64,000 nucleotides of DNA from Balanoglossus misakiensis. Its lineage: Eukaryota > Animalia > Hemichordata. The stretch is taken from NCBI GenBank assembly GCA_040954595.2, contig CM082595.2, positions 5,110,137-5,174,136 on the forward strand, written 5' to 3'. The stretch's first letter is position 1. Every line of letters starts with the position of its first letter. The notes under the pieces are model-generated. The model did not search any database, was not told the origin of the DNA, and saw nothing but the letters and a program-made list of their open reading frames with translations. The position numbers and the translations under genes are program-made. Positions 63,173 through 64,000 of the stretch are shown piece after piece.

Positions 63173-63777
63173 TTAAAAGGAAATTGCAAACTTGTGGTAA
63201 TACCAAAATTCTCCAGTATTACATGTACTGTGATGTAGTCTGTATCAGGTTTATTCAAGCGTATTTGGGTTAGGGTACAACAAGCTTAAATGCATTAAGA
63301 CACAAGGCACAAATAATAGAATCTGCCAAACTTCAAAACTCTATCATGTATGTTGGAAAAACGAAGTGATTGTACAATAAATTGACAAGTTCAGCTTTGG
63401 GCAGGTGGTCACCACATTGTTATGCAAATACATAATGCTGTATCAGAATGGGGTGAAGGTTGATTGCTAATATTTTTTTGCAAATCTGCATTTGACAATC
63501 CCAGCCTTCGTAGGTACATTGTATTGGAATCAACGCCTGTTCGGTTTGAAAGTAATAGCAACCCCCCACCCCCAACACACACACACAAGTAAATGGTTTA
63601 CTCCGATGAAGCCATACTACTTCCGGGTCACCATTGTTGTTATGCAAAATATTCAACATACGCAACAACGATAACACAACGAAAGGCACACTGAAAAGCA
63701 GTCATTCTTTCAACTGGTGTGAAAGTGACACATTCGCACATATATCTTCTCGGAGTGCATTCACTGAAACCACGTAC

Positions 63778-63851
63778 CTCAAGATGGAATGAGCCTCCAT
63801 ACTGCGATTCTGGTTGCTCGAACAAACCACGGCAATCTTGAAAGTTGGCAT
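63778..63851 (-). CDS. SSU72: SSU72 exon 1 (MPTFKIAVVCSSNQNRSMEAHSIL)
   Basis: ATG at 63851, catalytic CX5R loop VCSSNQNRS, donor ag|gtacgt. The five exons total 579 nt = 192 aa plus stop. Confidence 0.98.
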
Positions 63852-64000
63852 TTCGAGTGATATTACAAAACAATCAAACCGAAAGTTGAAGATTTGTTTC
63901 CTGTGACTTCCTGAAATATAGTGGCTGGAAGATGAAACTGTGTCGATGAAATCCGATTATTTTGACACTTATTTACCACTGAGATCAAAATGGCGACGCG
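63852..64000. promoter_or_regulatory. SSU72 5'UTR/promoter, possibly bidirectional
   Basis: Tandem ETS-like ttcctgtgacttcctg at ~63897-63913; YY1-type aaaatggcgacg on the + strand at the window end. Confidence 0.5.

Overview
AT-rich animal genomic DNA, probably an invertebrate deuterostome (inferred from a single PRDM3/16-type gene with features of both MECOM and PRDM16 and vertebrate-like exon sizes). Two protein-coding genes converge tail to tail. On the + strand is the 3' part of a PRDM16/MECOM (hamlet/EVI1-like) gene: two PR/SET-domain exons, a ZF1 exon, one 2.87-kb GC-rich exon encoding the rest of the protein, and a ~4.4-kb 3'UTR. Its first exons were not found, so bases 1-33 kb are read as a large regulatory intron. 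On the - strand is a complete 5-exon SSU72 gene (192 aa). Its second intron has a perfect U12 branch point but a deviant GTATCCAG donor. The ~12-kb gap between the two 3' ends holds a predicted spliced non-coding transcript. Its introns carry ~44 tandem 88-bp units that each fold into a ~33-bp G.U-rich hairpin on the sense strand, a 42-47-bp satellite and two long foldbacks. A second, convergent non-coding unit may also be present. Kolobok-like, piggyBac-like and other MITEs are scattered throughout. All calls were made by eye; no searches or folding programs were run.
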